From positions 1,056,001-1,120,000 of the forward strand of contig CBDBKE010000004.1 of NCBI GenBank assembly GCA_965206645.1: 64,000 bases of DNA. The letters are read 5' to 3'. This DNA comes from Terriglobia bacterium. GTDB taxonomy: Bacteria; Acidobacteriota; Terriglobia; JAJPHL01; JAPKYU01. Shown here in pieces: positions 12,390-22,987 of this stretch. The translations under genes were made by a program, and so were the position numbers. Under the pieces are notes generated by a model, which made no database searches, had not been told where the DNA came from, and was given only the letters and a program-made list of their open reading frames with translations. How positions within the stretch are numbered: the stretch's first letter is position 1; every line of letters starts with the position of its first letter.

Positions 12390-12792
12390 TGCCTGTATTC
12401 AATCTGGTCATCAGGTACGATTCGATATCTTCCGGTGTGATGTCCGATAGTCTGTTCTTGCCGAACCGGGGCCTCAGGAACTTCAACGCGCCGAGGTTTT
12501 GCAGGTGGGTCTTCTCGCTCCGGAAGGGTGGTTTGGAGCGGTTCTCAAGGAACCAGTCCGCCCACTCGTTGAACCTGATCTCCCCGCTCGGCGCGGCGCT
12601 CGGCAGCAGCCCCTCGTCGCGAGCCACCAACCGTTTGCGCATCACCTTCTCGGCCTCCCCTTTTTCTCTCTGCCCTGTCGAGGTCTGTCTCCACCTCCCG
12701 TTCTGCTCTCGATAGCTCATCCACCAGACGCGTGAATTGCGCCGCAGGTACAGGCTACCAGCGGTATTTCTCGGTCTACCTGTCTTGTTCAT
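12390..12792 (-). pseudogene. Tyrosine integrase N-terminal fragment
   Basis: GSLYLR..VWWMSY...STG; RFNEWADWFLE is homologous to the 17547-18622 integrase; no catalytic domain. Confidence 0.8.
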
Positions 12793-12994
12793 CGATTCCT
12801 CCATTCACATGAAATTGCTGACGCCACTCGGCCAGCTCCGACCGTCGGAAGCGGATCGAGCGGCCCATCATGCGGAAATGGGGAATCTGCTTTCGCTCGA
12901 CGTAAGCATACACCAGCGAGGGGCTGACACCCAAGAAGTGGGCGGCGGCCTTCACCGTGATCGGGGCAGCTGTCGCTTCTCCGTTAAGGCTCAT
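12776..12994 (-). CDS. Excisionase-like HTH protein
   Basis: TVKAAAHFLGVS..LVY...IPHFR.GRSIRF; overlaps the integrase start. Confidence 0.85.
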   Translation of the reverse strand: MSLNGEATAAPITVKAAAHFLGVSPSLVYAYVERKQIPHFRMMGRSIRFRRSELAEWRQQFHVNGGIDEQDR

Positions 12995-13004
12995 CTTTCC
13001 CTCC

Positions 13005-13163
13005 CTACTCTCCATACGAAACTACAAGGGGGAACTCCGCGCGGAGAGTCCGTTGCGATTCCTCGGAGAAGAAGCCGTATTGCTCGGCGATCCAGGCCGG
13101 GACTTCCCGCGTCTCCTCACCGTCCCGGCCGAGCTCCCGGTCGAAGTCCTCGATAGTCTTCAT
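13005..13163 (-). CDS. 52-aa hypothetical protein
   Basis: ATGA-coupled to the ATPase stop and fills the gap to xis. Confidence 0.4.
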   Translation of the reverse strand: MKTIEDFDRELGRDGEETREVPAWIAEQYGFFSEESQRTLRAEFPLVVSYGE

Positions 13164-14125
13164 CCGTCATCGTGTTCCCTCCGGATCGGCTCGATGAGCC
13201 AGCGGTTCTGTGGCGCGTCGTAACCCTGGACGCGCAGTGCCTCTTCTACGAACCGCCGCCCCTCGCGGCGCGTCATGTGAATCACCATAGCGATACCGTC
13301 CACCACCCCTCGACAGGTGACTTCCCAGGGAAGCTCCCCGCCGCCCTGCATGGCGCAACTGGCGATTCGTGATAAGGCGCTCTCGGCGTTGTTGGCGTGT
13401 ACGGTGGTGAGGGAGCCGCCGTGTCCGGTATTGAGGGCTTGCAATAGATCAGCGGCCTTGCCGCCCCGGACCTCGCCCACCACGATGTGATCCGGGCGGT
13501 GACGCAAGGCGTGGCGCACCAGGTCGCGGATCGTCACCGAGCCGCTGTCGATCCCCCGAGCCTCGAAGCGGACGCAATTAGAGCGATCAATGCGAAGATC
13601 CAGGGTGTCCTCGATGGCGACGATGCGCTCGTCATCTGGTAGTAGTTCGATCAGCGCATTGAGCAGGGTGGTCTTGCCCGATCCGGTTCCGCCGGAAACC
13701 AGGATGTTGCGCCGGGAGCGCAACACCCGCTCGGCTTCCGCCCGCACGTCTTCGGGGAGTGCGCCTTGCTTCACGAGATCATCCGCCGAAAAAGACCGCT
13801 TCCCGAAACGGCGCACGGTGATCGCCACCGTGGGGCTCGCGGGCGGAACACAGATGGCAACCCGCGAGCCGTCGTCCAGGCGCGCATCGACAATCGGCGA
13901 GCTCGCCGGATCCAAGCCCAAAGGCCGGACGATGTGGATGGCCGCCCGTAGGAGGGCCGATTCGTCCAGGCCCGGCGCGTCATGTGCCGTCAACCTTCCG
14001 GCCCGCTCGACCCAGACATTGAACGGCCCGTTAATCATGATCTCGCTGACTTCGGAATCGTCCAGGGCGCTTTCCAATCCCGGTAGAAACGGTTTCAGGT
14101 GTTCCAGTCCGCTCGCGGCGCTCAT
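13160..14125 (-). CDS. TrbB/VirB11/CpaF-family secretion ATPase
   Basis: SEIMING, GGTGSGKTT, LRHRPD..VGEVRG and NTGH motifs. Confidence 0.9.
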   Translation of the reverse strand: MSAASGLEHLKPFLPGLESALDDSEVSEIMINGPFNVWVERAGRLTAHDAPGLDESALLRAAIHIVRPLGLDPASSPIVDARLDDGSRVAICVPPASPTVAITVRRFGKRSFSADDLVKQGALPEDVRAEAERVLRSRRNILVSGGTGSGKTTLLNALIELLPDDERIVAIEDTLDLRIDRSNCVRFEARGIDSGSVTIRDLVRHALRHRPDHIVVGEVRGGKAADLLQALNTGHGGSLTTVHANNAESALSRIASCAMQGGGELPWEVTCRGVVDGIAMVIHMTRREGRRFVEEALRVQGYDAPQNRWLIEPIRREHDDG

Positions 14126-14191
14126 AATTGACCCGCCGCTTTCGCTCTCCAATAGGAGTGTTCTAAGGGCAGATAGTGAGGCTTGAGGTAG

Positions 14192-15441
14192 TGACCAGAC
14201 CGATTTTTTGTACCAACCGTAGTGAGAGTTCACATCGCAGCCTGGGGCTGTGAAACTGGTTTCAGTGGCAGGGGAGGGCTATAGGCCCCCGGCGCCGGGG
14301 GCCTATAGCCGAGCGCCGAGTGCGGCCGCACCGTGTTGTATTGCACCCTCCACTGTTCAATCACCACCTGTGCCTCCTTCAACGAGTAGAAGATCTCTCC
14401 ATTCAGGCATTCGTCCCGCAGCTTCCCATTGAAACTCTCGCAGTACCCGTTCTCCCAGGGACTGCCCGGTTCGATGTACAGTGTCCCGGTCCCTAGATTT
14501 GCCAACCACTGGCGCAGTTGTTTGGCGATGAACTCGGGACCATTGTCGGATCGAATCTGTTCCGGTATCCCTCGCCACAACATCACGTCCGACAACGCCT
14601 CAATGATTTGTTGGCTGCCCATCCTCCGCTCCACCCGGATCGCCAGGCATTCCCGCGTGTACTCATCCAGCAAGGTCAGCAGCCGCAGCGTTCTCCCCTC
14701 GTGCGTTCTGGCACTCATGAAGTCGTAGCTCCACACGTGGTTCGGTCGCTCCGGCCTCAGTCGTACACAGGAACCGTCGTTCAGCCACAGCCGTCCTCGC
14801 GGCCTTTGTTTTTGCGGCACTTTTAGCCCTTCCCGCCGCCAAATCCGCTGCACCCGGTCCTTGCCCACTTCCCAGCCCGCACTCCGCAGCAACGCTGTGA
14901 TCCTCCGGTAGCCATATCGCCCGTACTTCGCTCCCAGGGCAATGATCGCTCGGGTCAGAGCATCCTCGTCCACCCGATGAATCGGCTCGTATCGTTGTGT
15001 CCCTCGCCATTGCCCCAGCAGCCGGCAGGCATGCCGTTCCGACAACCCGTGTTGCTCCCACGCACGCTCCACCGCACAACGCCGCCGCTCAGGGCTCAGA
15101 AGTTTCCCTGTGCCACATCCCGCAGCACCTGCTTCTCCAGAGAAAGCTCCGCTACCAACCGCTTCAGCCGCGTGTTTTCCTTCTCCAACTCCTTTAGCCG
15201 TTTTGCCTGCACCACCTTCAGCCCGCCGTATTCCTTCCGCCACCGGTAGTAGGTTTGGGTGTGGATTCCAGCTTCTTTGCAGGCTTGGGGCGCAGTCTTC
15301 CCGTTCCCCATCTGCACTTCTATCTGCCGTAGCACCGCTACAATCTGCTCCGGCTTGTAACTCCTTGTCGGCATGACCTCACTTCCTCCTCAAGTGGATT
15401 CTCTCTCTTTCCACTTGGTACAAAAAGTGCCGGTCAGGTCA
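14192..15441 (-). mobile_element. IS3-family element type A (1250 bp), intact copy
   Basis: TGACC...GGTCA IRs; orfA 15096-15374; G-GGA-AAC frameshift site; orfB DDE. Confidence 0.95.
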
Positions 15442-15459
15442 CCCCCACCTGGGTGAGAC

Positions 15460-15607
15460 TCACGCCGCCGTTTCTCTCAGCCGGGCTTGCGCTAGTTCGA
15501 AGCTCCCTTGCATCCGTACCCAATGTTCAGCGTCACTCCATCCGATACGTTCCAACGCCAGCGCCATCGTGGGCGAAACTCCGGCGTGTCCGTTTAGCAG
15601 TCGCGAC
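15460..15607 (-). pseudogene. HigA-like antitoxin C-terminal fragment
   Basis: SRLLNGHAGVSPTMALAL...AEHWVRMQ; cut by MITE-B. Confidence 0.7.
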
Positions 15608-15726
15608 GGTATTGTCAAGTTGAGGCTGACGGCTGTTTTTGATGCTCAGCATGGTGGGTTCGAGACGGGCTGGAGCCCACTATCTTGGGGGTCGATCGAC
15701 GAGCTTTTCGTCAACTTGACAATGCC
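15608..15726 (+). mobile_element. MITE-B (119 bp), copy 1
   Basis: TIRs GGTATTGTCAAGTTGA / TCAACTTGACAATGCC; inverted copy at 17007-17125. Confidence 0.9.
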
Positions 15727-16122
15727 CCAAATATCGGCCTCGTCACCCCCTCTTGCCGTGAAGACCCCCGCAGGGACGTTCGATTCAGAGCCTGCCCGTT
15801 CAGGAAAGCAAGCCACCTGTATAACGTCGGCTAGGACCACAAGCGGGGAGAATACCCTGTCGGTGCGGAAATAGCGCGTCAGGATGCCATAGGATCCATG
15901 ATCGTGGGGCAGGATAACCCCTGGGCAAGGAGGGATCTCCGGAAAACGAGGACTCAACCCCAAAACCTTCCTTGTGAGGGAAAATCAGAGGAAAGACCAT
16001 GTTGGGGCCTTTTCATGGCCTTGCAAGGGCCGATCGCGGCGGGTCCCCGTGCTTTCCTTAACATTTGACCGGCAATTGCGGTTGATCTACAATACGGTAA
16101 CGTTTCCGGGAGCGAGTGTGAA

Positions 16123-16443
16123 ATGACCAGGCAATCGACAAACGAAGGATCGAAGACGCGTGTCACCCGGCACCGCGCCAAAACGGCCGCTCAGGGATCA
16201 CGACGCGTCGAGGTCACCGTGGCTGCGCGCGATGCGGTACTGATAAAGGCCGTCGGCGGTGCTCTTCGAGCGGGAGGCAAGGACGCTAAAAGGGTGCGTG
16301 AGGCCTTGGCATCAATGACGTCCATTGAACCGGTGCGGACCGGTGCGGAGTTGGTAGCCTTCTTTCGTGCCTCTCCACTCGTCGGCGAAGAACTGATGAT
16401 CGAGCGCGATCAATCCACGGGCCGCTGTGTCGATCTCGAATAA
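16123..16443 (+). CDS. Putative antitoxin of the PIN toxin
   Basis: Small ORF coupled (TAATG) to vapC. Confidence 0.75.
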   Translation: MTRQSTNEGSKTRVTRHRAKTAAQGSRRVEVTVAARDAVLIKAVGGALRAGGKDAKRVREALASMTSIEPVRTGAELVAFFRASPLVGEELMIERDQSTGRCVDLE

Positions 16444-16880
16444 TGGCATTCCTAATCGATACAAACGTGATCAGCGAAACGCTCAAACCGCGCCCCGCCG
16501 CCAGGGTGATCGCTTGGTTTGGCGACCAGAGGTCCAATGACCTCTTCCTTGCATCGATGAGCCTCGGAGAACTGGTGCGCGGCGCCCACCGTGTGAAGGA
16601 CAAGGTGAAGAGGGAGCGTTTCAAGAGATGGATCTATCATGATCTGGCCGCCCAATTCCAGGGACGCATCCTTCCTTTCGATCAAGAGGCGGCGGTGATC
16701 TGGGGCGAGATCATGGGCAATGGCGACAGAACCGGCCACCCAAAACCAATGGGCGATGCGCAGATCGCTGCCGTGGCGCGACGGCACGATCTGACGTTGG
16801 TCACACGCAACACCAGGGATTTTACGGATATGGATGTGGCTCTTATCGATCCATGGAAACCCGGCGCATCTTTGGGGTGA
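16443..16880 (+). CDS. vapC: VapC/FitB PIN-domain toxin
   Basis: LIDTNVISE...E...DAQIAA...LVTRNTRDF. Confidence 0.92.
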   Translation: MAFLIDTNVISETLKPRPAARVIAWFGDQRSNDLFLASMSLGELVRGAHRVKDKVKRERFKRWIYHDLAAQFQGRILPFDQEAAVIWGEIMGNGDRTGHPKPMGDAQIAAVARRHDLTLVTRNTRDFTDMDVALIDPWKPGASLG

Positions 16881-17006
16881 GGGCAACCATTGACCCTCAA
16901 GCGCTCCCTCCCGTGGTTTGTTTAAGGCGCGTGGGAGAATGGGCCGACTGATTGGGAGGAAGCATGAGCATCGAGTTAATCGGCGTCTTTATTGCGGTGC
17001 TGACGA

Positions 17007-17125
17007 GGCATTGTCAAGTTGACGAAAAGCTCGTCGATCGACCCCCAAGATAGTGGGCTCCAGCCCGTCTCGAACCCACCATGCTGAGCATCAAAAACAG
17101 CCGTCAGCCTCAACTTGACAATACC
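17007..17125 (-). mobile_element. MITE-B (119 bp), copy 2
   Basis: Reverse complement of 15608-15726. Confidence 0.9.
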
Positions 17126-17207
17126 ATATTTGGTACCAGTCGTAGTGAGAGACATTACATCACAACCTGGGGCTGTGAAATCAGGTTCCAGACAGGGGTA
17201 TAGGCCC
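17126..17207 (-). mobile_element. Right-end remnant of a diverged IS3 type A; its tip lies inverted at 15727-15745
   Basis: Similar to 14192-14290 and 41916-42003. Confidence 0.7.
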
Positions 17208-17426
17208 TTGAGTGGGAATAGCAATCTCCCTCGGAGGCGATCTTCAAACAGAGCATCTGCCCACGGCAGACGCTCCCATAAACTTCCTGCTGTGCCAAAA
17301 ATGTGTCAGAAATGCAGGTCAAACAGCCAAAAAGGGTTATGTGCTGAGCGAAAGCAGAGTCCCTGAATGGGTGTAACGCTATGGGAAATAAGGGAGAGAG
17401 TGAAAGGAGAAGAGGAGAGGTAGCCA

Positions 17427-17466
17427 CTTGTAAGGCAGGCGCTCTGACCAACTGAGCTAACCGCCC
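17427..17466 (-). pseudogene. 5' half of tRNA-Val(TAC), att core
   Basis: GGGCGGTTAGCTCAGTTGGTCAGAGCGCCTGCCTTACAAG, then no 3' stem or T arm. Confidence 0.85.
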
Positions 17467-17546
17467 CTTGGAGTTACTTCCTTTCTTCCCAACCACTTGC
17501 AGATTCTGTTTCATCGGCGAAATCGCTTAAACCGGCCCCAATTGTA

Positions 17547-18622
17547 TCAAAACTGTATCAAAACCCCAGTTTTTTGGGCCCGGAGTGTATCAGAACCCTG
17601 CTCCTCACCCGCCTGACGGTTTAGACGCCGCAGCGCTTCCCGTTTCATCCCTAGTTTCATCTGCGAGTACTTCTTGAACACCTTCGCATCACTTTGCCGC
17701 AGGAGCTGGGTCACCCACTCGTCTGCCACGCCTCCCGCGCTTAAACGGGTTGCATATGTCGAGCGCAGATCGTAGATCCGGAAGTACGGAACGCCCGCGC
17801 GTTCCAACGTTGTGCGCCAGATCTTCTTGAAGCTCGCCTGGTAGCCGCGCTGATTCCGACCGCTCGGAAACAACCACGGCCCTGGTCCAGCAAGCCAGAG
17901 CTGGTCGCGGAAGGCCTCTACCGCCAAGTCCGTTAGCGGCACCTCCCCCACGCCGGTGGGGGTTTTCGAGTCAGGTATCCAGACCACTGCGTTTGCCAGG
18001 TCGACCTGGTCTTTCCGCATCGGTGCAAGCTCCTTGTAGACCCGTAATCCGGTTTCGGTGATGATCCGGACCAGGTTCCGCAAGTACGGGGGTGCGTGCA
18101 ACTCGATCCGCTGCTGTTCCGACCACGGCATGTAGTGCGGCCGAAACAACCCCTTGACCGTGACCGGGAACTCCGCTGAGTTGCACGGGTTGGCCGCGAT
18201 GAACTTCTTCTTCACCGCGACATTCAACACCCGGCGCAACACGCGAAACTCCTGGTGCACGGTCGCCGGCTTCAGCAGCCCGAGCTCCCGATACCCCAGC
18301 CGTGTCCTGACTCGCTTCTGTTGCCGAAGCCGCCAGCGCAAGTACCCTTCAACGTCCTCTGCGCCGATGGCGGACAACATTTGCGGTCCGAACACGGGCT
18401 TGAGTTGCTTCACCGCGTTTTGGTTGGCTGCGTGCGTCTTCCTACTCCGCAAGGGCGGCTGGGAATAGTGCTCCAGGAAAAAGTCCGCCCACTCGTGAAA
18501 CCTGAGTTGTTGGCCGCGCCGAACGAGCGCGAGCACGTTCTCATCGCGTGCCTGCAATCGTTCACGTAGCCGTGTTTGGGCTTCCTGCCAGTCACTTGTC
18601 TCTGTGGATTCGAGGCGCCGGG
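17547..18622 (-). pseudogene. Tyrosine integrase, 5'-truncated by IS3
   Basis: ETGLR, DSKT, YDLR and KKYS motifs. Confidence 0.9.
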
Positions 18623-21190
18623 TGACCTGACCGGCACTTTTTGTACCAAGTGGAAAGAGAGAGAATCCACTTGAGGAGGAAGTGAGGTCATGCCGACAAG
18701 GAGTTACAAGCCGGAGCAGATTGTAGCGGTGCTACGGCAGATAGAAGTACAGATGGGGAACGGGAAGACTGCGCCCCAAGCCTGCAAAGAAGCTGGAATC
18801 CACACCCAAACCTACTACCGGTGGCGGAAGGAATACGGCGGGCTGAAGGTGGTGCAGGCAAAACGGCTGAAGGAGTTGGAGAAGGAAAACACGCGGCTGA
18901 AGCGGTTGGTAGCGGAGCTTTCTCTGGAGAAGCAGGTGCTGCGGGATGTGGCACAGGGAAACTTCTGAGCCCTGAGCGGCGGCGTTGTGCGGTGGAGCGT
19001 GCGTGGGAGCAACACGGGTTGTCGGAACGGCATGCCTGCCGGCTGCTGGGGCAATGGCGAGGGACACAACGATACGAGCCGATTCATCGGGTGGACGAGG
19101 ATGCTCTGACCCGAGCGATCATTGCCCTGGGAGCGAAGTACGGGCGATATGGCTACCGGAGGATCACAGCGTTGCTGCGGAGTGCGGGCTGGGAAGTGGG
19201 CAAGGACCGGGTGCAGCGGATTTGGCGGCGGGAAGGGCTGAAAGTGCCGCAAAAACAAAGGCCGCGAGGACGGCTGTGGCTGAACGACGGTTCCTGTGTA
19301 CGACTGAGGCCGGAGCGACCGAACCACGTGTGGAGCTACGACTTCATGAGTGCCAGAACGCACGAGGGGAGAACGCTGCGGCTGCTGACCTTGCTGGATG
19401 AGTACACGCGGGAATGCCTGGCGATCCGGGTGGAGCGGAGAATGGGCAGCCAACAAATCATTGAGGCGTTGTCGGACGTGATGTTGTGGCGAGGGATACC
19501 GGAACAGATTCGATCCGACAATGGTCCCGAGTTCATCGCCAAACAACTGCGCCAGTGGTTGGCAAATCTAGGGACCGGGACACTGTACATCGAACCGGGC
19601 AGTCCCTGGGAGAACGGGTACTGCGAGAGTTTCAATGGGAAGCTGCGGGACGAATGCCTGAATGGAGAGATCTTCTACTCGTTGAAGGAGGCACAGGTGG
19701 TGATTGAACAGTGGAGGGTGCAATACAACACGGTGCGGCCGCACTCGGCGCTCGGCTATAGGCCCCCGGCGCCGGGGGCCTATAGAGTCTGTGTGAAAAC
19801 CGCTCTTGCGAGTCACGTATAATGCGCCTTAAGGGGGCGCGATGAAATTCTTGACCTACAACCCGGAGCAAGCGTATCTGCTACCGCCCAGCGTGCGGGA
19901 GGTGCTGGGAGAAGATCACATCTGTTTTTTTGTGCACCAAGTCGTGGAGCGGCTGGAACTGAGTGCGTTTGAGCAGGGCTACGTGGAAGAAGGCCGCCCG
20001 GCCTATCATCCGGCGCTGTTGCTGAAGGTGTGGCTGTATGCCTACGCGCTGGGCGTGACCTCGGCCCGCCGTCTGGAACAGCGGGTGCGGGAGGACCTGG
20101 CGTTCCGTTATCTGGCGGCCGGAGCGGGGCCGGACTTTTGGACGCTGAACCAGTTTCGGACGCGGCACGCCCGTGCCCTGAACGATCTGTTCACACAGGT
20201 GGTGGAGTTGGCGCGGTCGCTGGGGATGGGGCGGCTGGGACACGTGGCCATGGACTCGACGCGGGTGGCGGCCAACGCCTCGCAGGACCGGGTGGAGACG
20301 GTGGCCAAGTTGAGGGCAGAGCGAGCCAAAATTCGGCGGCAGATTCGTCGCTGGCAGAAACAATGTGACACGCAGTCCTGCGAGGAAGCGGCTGGCCAGC
20401 AACTGAGCGGCAAGCAGATGGCAGCGCTGGAGAAGCGGCTGGAAGAAATCCCGCGATGCCTGGAGCGGTTGCGCAAAAGCGGGCTGAAGCGGCGTTCGGA
20501 AACCGATCCCGACAGCCGGTTTTTGCGCGACCGCAAGGGATTCACGCTGGGTTACACGGCGGAGGTGGCGGTCAGCGAAGATCATCTGATTGTCGAGCAG
20601 CGCGTGGGGCAAAACGCCACCGACAACGCGACGCTGGTCCCTCTGGTGGAGACGGTCGAGCGACGCTGCCGGGAACGCCCGCAGAAGGTCAGCGCCGACA
20701 GCGGCTTCTTTTGCTTGGAGACCATCGTGGAACTGGCCCAGCGTGGCCTGGACGTCTATGTGCCCGACTCGAACTTGGCGCGGGAACTGAACCGAGGCCA
20801 ACGCGCGCCCGGAGCACCTGCTGTACGGCATCCGGAACACCGGCGAATGCGACGCAAGCTGCGCGACCCGGCCGGCCGGGCGGTTTATCAGCGGCGCAAG
20901 GCGATCGTGGAACCAGGGATCGGGGTTTTGAAAGAACAGCGTGGAATGCGGCAGTTCCGGCGGCGGGGCCTGGGGAAGGTCGCGGTGGAGTTCGCGCTGG
21001 CCGCAACGGCCTTCAACCTCACCCGCCTGTGGCGCAACAAACCGAAGCTAGATCAGGAAGGCTAGTTCGGCAGACTCCCGGACCGGCGACTCGGCGAAGA
21101 TCGAAACACCAGAATTCTGGAGCGGATCATGATCTCTTTTGATTTCCAGCCAGCTAAACCGAGTTTCCACACAGGCTCTATAGCCCCTCC
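18623..21190 (+). mobile_element. IS3 type A interrupted by IS1182; right end deleted
   Basis: Matches the other copies up to TATA at 19784; only about 8 nt resume after the duplicated TATA. Confidence 0.9.
19785..21178 (+). mobile_element. IS1182-family element, copy 1 (transposase 19842-21065)
   Basis: IRs GAGTCTGTGTGAAAAC / GTTTCCACACAGGCTC; TATA duplication; GRPAYHP, DST, TDPDSR, ADSG and Y..RK..VEP motifs. Confidence 0.93.
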
Positions 21191-21281
21191 CGAAAAGGCA
21201 AAACCAAAACCTTCCTTATAGGTAGATAACTGACAACAAAATGCTTATGCCATGCCGCGGCGGAAGCAGAGGGGAACCATA

Positions 21282-21817
21282 GTGAAGGTCTTTGCCTTTA
21301 TCGATACGAATGTGCTGCTGCACTACCGCTTCTTCCGCGAGGTTGACTGGGCGGCAGCGCTCGATGAGCCAGTGGTTGTTCTCGTACTCGCGCCGGTGGT
21401 GCTGAGTGAGCTTGATGATCACAAATGGTCGGGATCGCGGCGAGAGAAAGCGCGCGCGAAGGGCGTGCTCAAGGCCATCGACGAAATCGAGCTGGCCGCC
21501 GAAGCTGTCGGTATCCGAAAGGGCGTGAGCGTTATGGGCATAGGACACGAGCCGGCCGAGGCAGTGTTCGCCCGTTACCGCCTCCAAGGCGGCGTCAAGG
21601 ACGACCGGCTTCTCGCCTCCCTACTGGCGTTTTGCGAAGAGCGCGGCTCTAATCACCGCGTGCTGCTGGTAACAGCGGACGCAGGGCTACGGGTTAAGGC
21701 GCGGGTTCAGCGGATCGAGGTGATCGTGCCCGCCGACGATCTTGCAATCGACGACGAACCCGATGAGACGGAGCGGCGGCTCTCGGCCGCCAACCGTGAG
21801 CTGGCGGCGTACAAGAG
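21282..21817 (+). pseudogene. PIN-domain protein truncated by MITE-A
   Basis: FIDTNVLLH...VLSELD..K...DDRLL...VTAD; reads into the MITE (VLSS*). Confidence 0.8.
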
Positions 21818-21948
21818 GGTACTGTCAAGTTGAGCAGAATCCGCCCGTTTTGCGGAAGGATTCTGCTGGATCAGAGACTGAGAATCAATGACTTAGCGGT
21901 GGCGGCGGGCGGCGAGAATGCCGCCAAACTGCTTAACTTGACAGTACC
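21818..21948 (+). mobile_element. MITE-A (131 bp), copy 1
   Basis: TIR GGTACTGTCAAGTT(G/A)AGCAG; four near-identical copies in the window. Confidence 0.92.
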
Positions 21949-22291
21949 CTCATGATGGCGCTCCGGCTCGGCTCACGGCTCTTACGATTTGTCATGGCCA
22001 CAACATCTCCATTTGTCAAAAGATTTCCATGTTTCTTTAGATTTATTCAGCGTTCGCTTCAGGGCGCAATGTCGTCATGCGCGGCTTCCATGCTCCAGCC
22101 GTAGGCGCGGATGACCGGTCCGGGTCAGGGGGGCGCTCTGGAGGCTTTTTGCCGTCAACCCGGTATAGGCAAGGTATTTAGTACTGCAAATGCGCCGCCC
22201 AGTCCCTACCAAACCGGCAGGTTAGATTTGGAAGAAAAAGAAAGCGGCCGGGAACCGGGCCGCCCCACTGAGAACGCTGGCAGCGCTGCGG

Positions 22292-22987
22292 TTATCCGAA
22301 TTCGGCGATTGACAGCACTAATCGCACCAGATCCGCCTGGCGGGAGACCGGCTGTTTCTGGTAGATCTGCTTCAGGTGCCAATAGATGGAGCCTTGGGTG
22401 CGCCCCGTGGCCTCGGCCATGTCGCGGACGCTCTTGCCTTCGGCCAACCAAACCGCTACCTGGCTCTCCATCGGCGTCAGCCCCAGGGTCCTGGTCACCA
22501 AGCCGGGGTCGATCCGATGCTGGCTCCCCGGCTCGACAATCAGGGCCAGCGCGGCGATATGCCGCGCTCCGTAGTCCGGTTGGTGAACCCCGACGGGTTT
22601 GACGTGCACCACCAACGGCGGCAAGCCAGACGGGCGGGCCAGCAGCATCGACCCGCTGACCGTGACGGCGGCGGTCGGCAGCGCGCCGGCCACCAACCCC
22701 TCGAGGTGGAGCTGATCGTCCGGATTGAGGGCACCCAGCACCCCATCTCGGTCTGACAAGCCATCACCGTGCCGCAGGATGCTACGGGCGCGGTCATTGA
22801 CCTCAATGATCTTCCCACGCCGGTCCAGGTGGAGAACACCGATCCGAGGGTTATCGAGCAGGGCGGTCACGGTCGTCCTGTGTGCCTCGGCACGGACCAG
22901 CGCCTGCCGGACCCGGATGAATTGCCGAATATGGGGCAGTAGCGCCTGAACCATCGCGATCTCGGAAGACCCCCAGCCATCTGAGGC
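22292..22987 (-). pseudogene. PAS + LuxR-type HTH regulator, 5'-truncated
   Basis: GLTPMESQVAVWLAEGKS...HLKQIYQK...RQADLV. Confidence 0.8.

Noticed and set aside
17394-17466. Functional tRNA-Val
   Set aside because: No 3' anticodon stem, T arm or acceptor strand; the same applies to the tRNA-Arg fragment.
19881-20840. Long antisense ORFs inside IS1182/IS3 copies and other genes
   Set aside because: They are shadows of real genes on the opposite strand and repeat only because the IS repeats.
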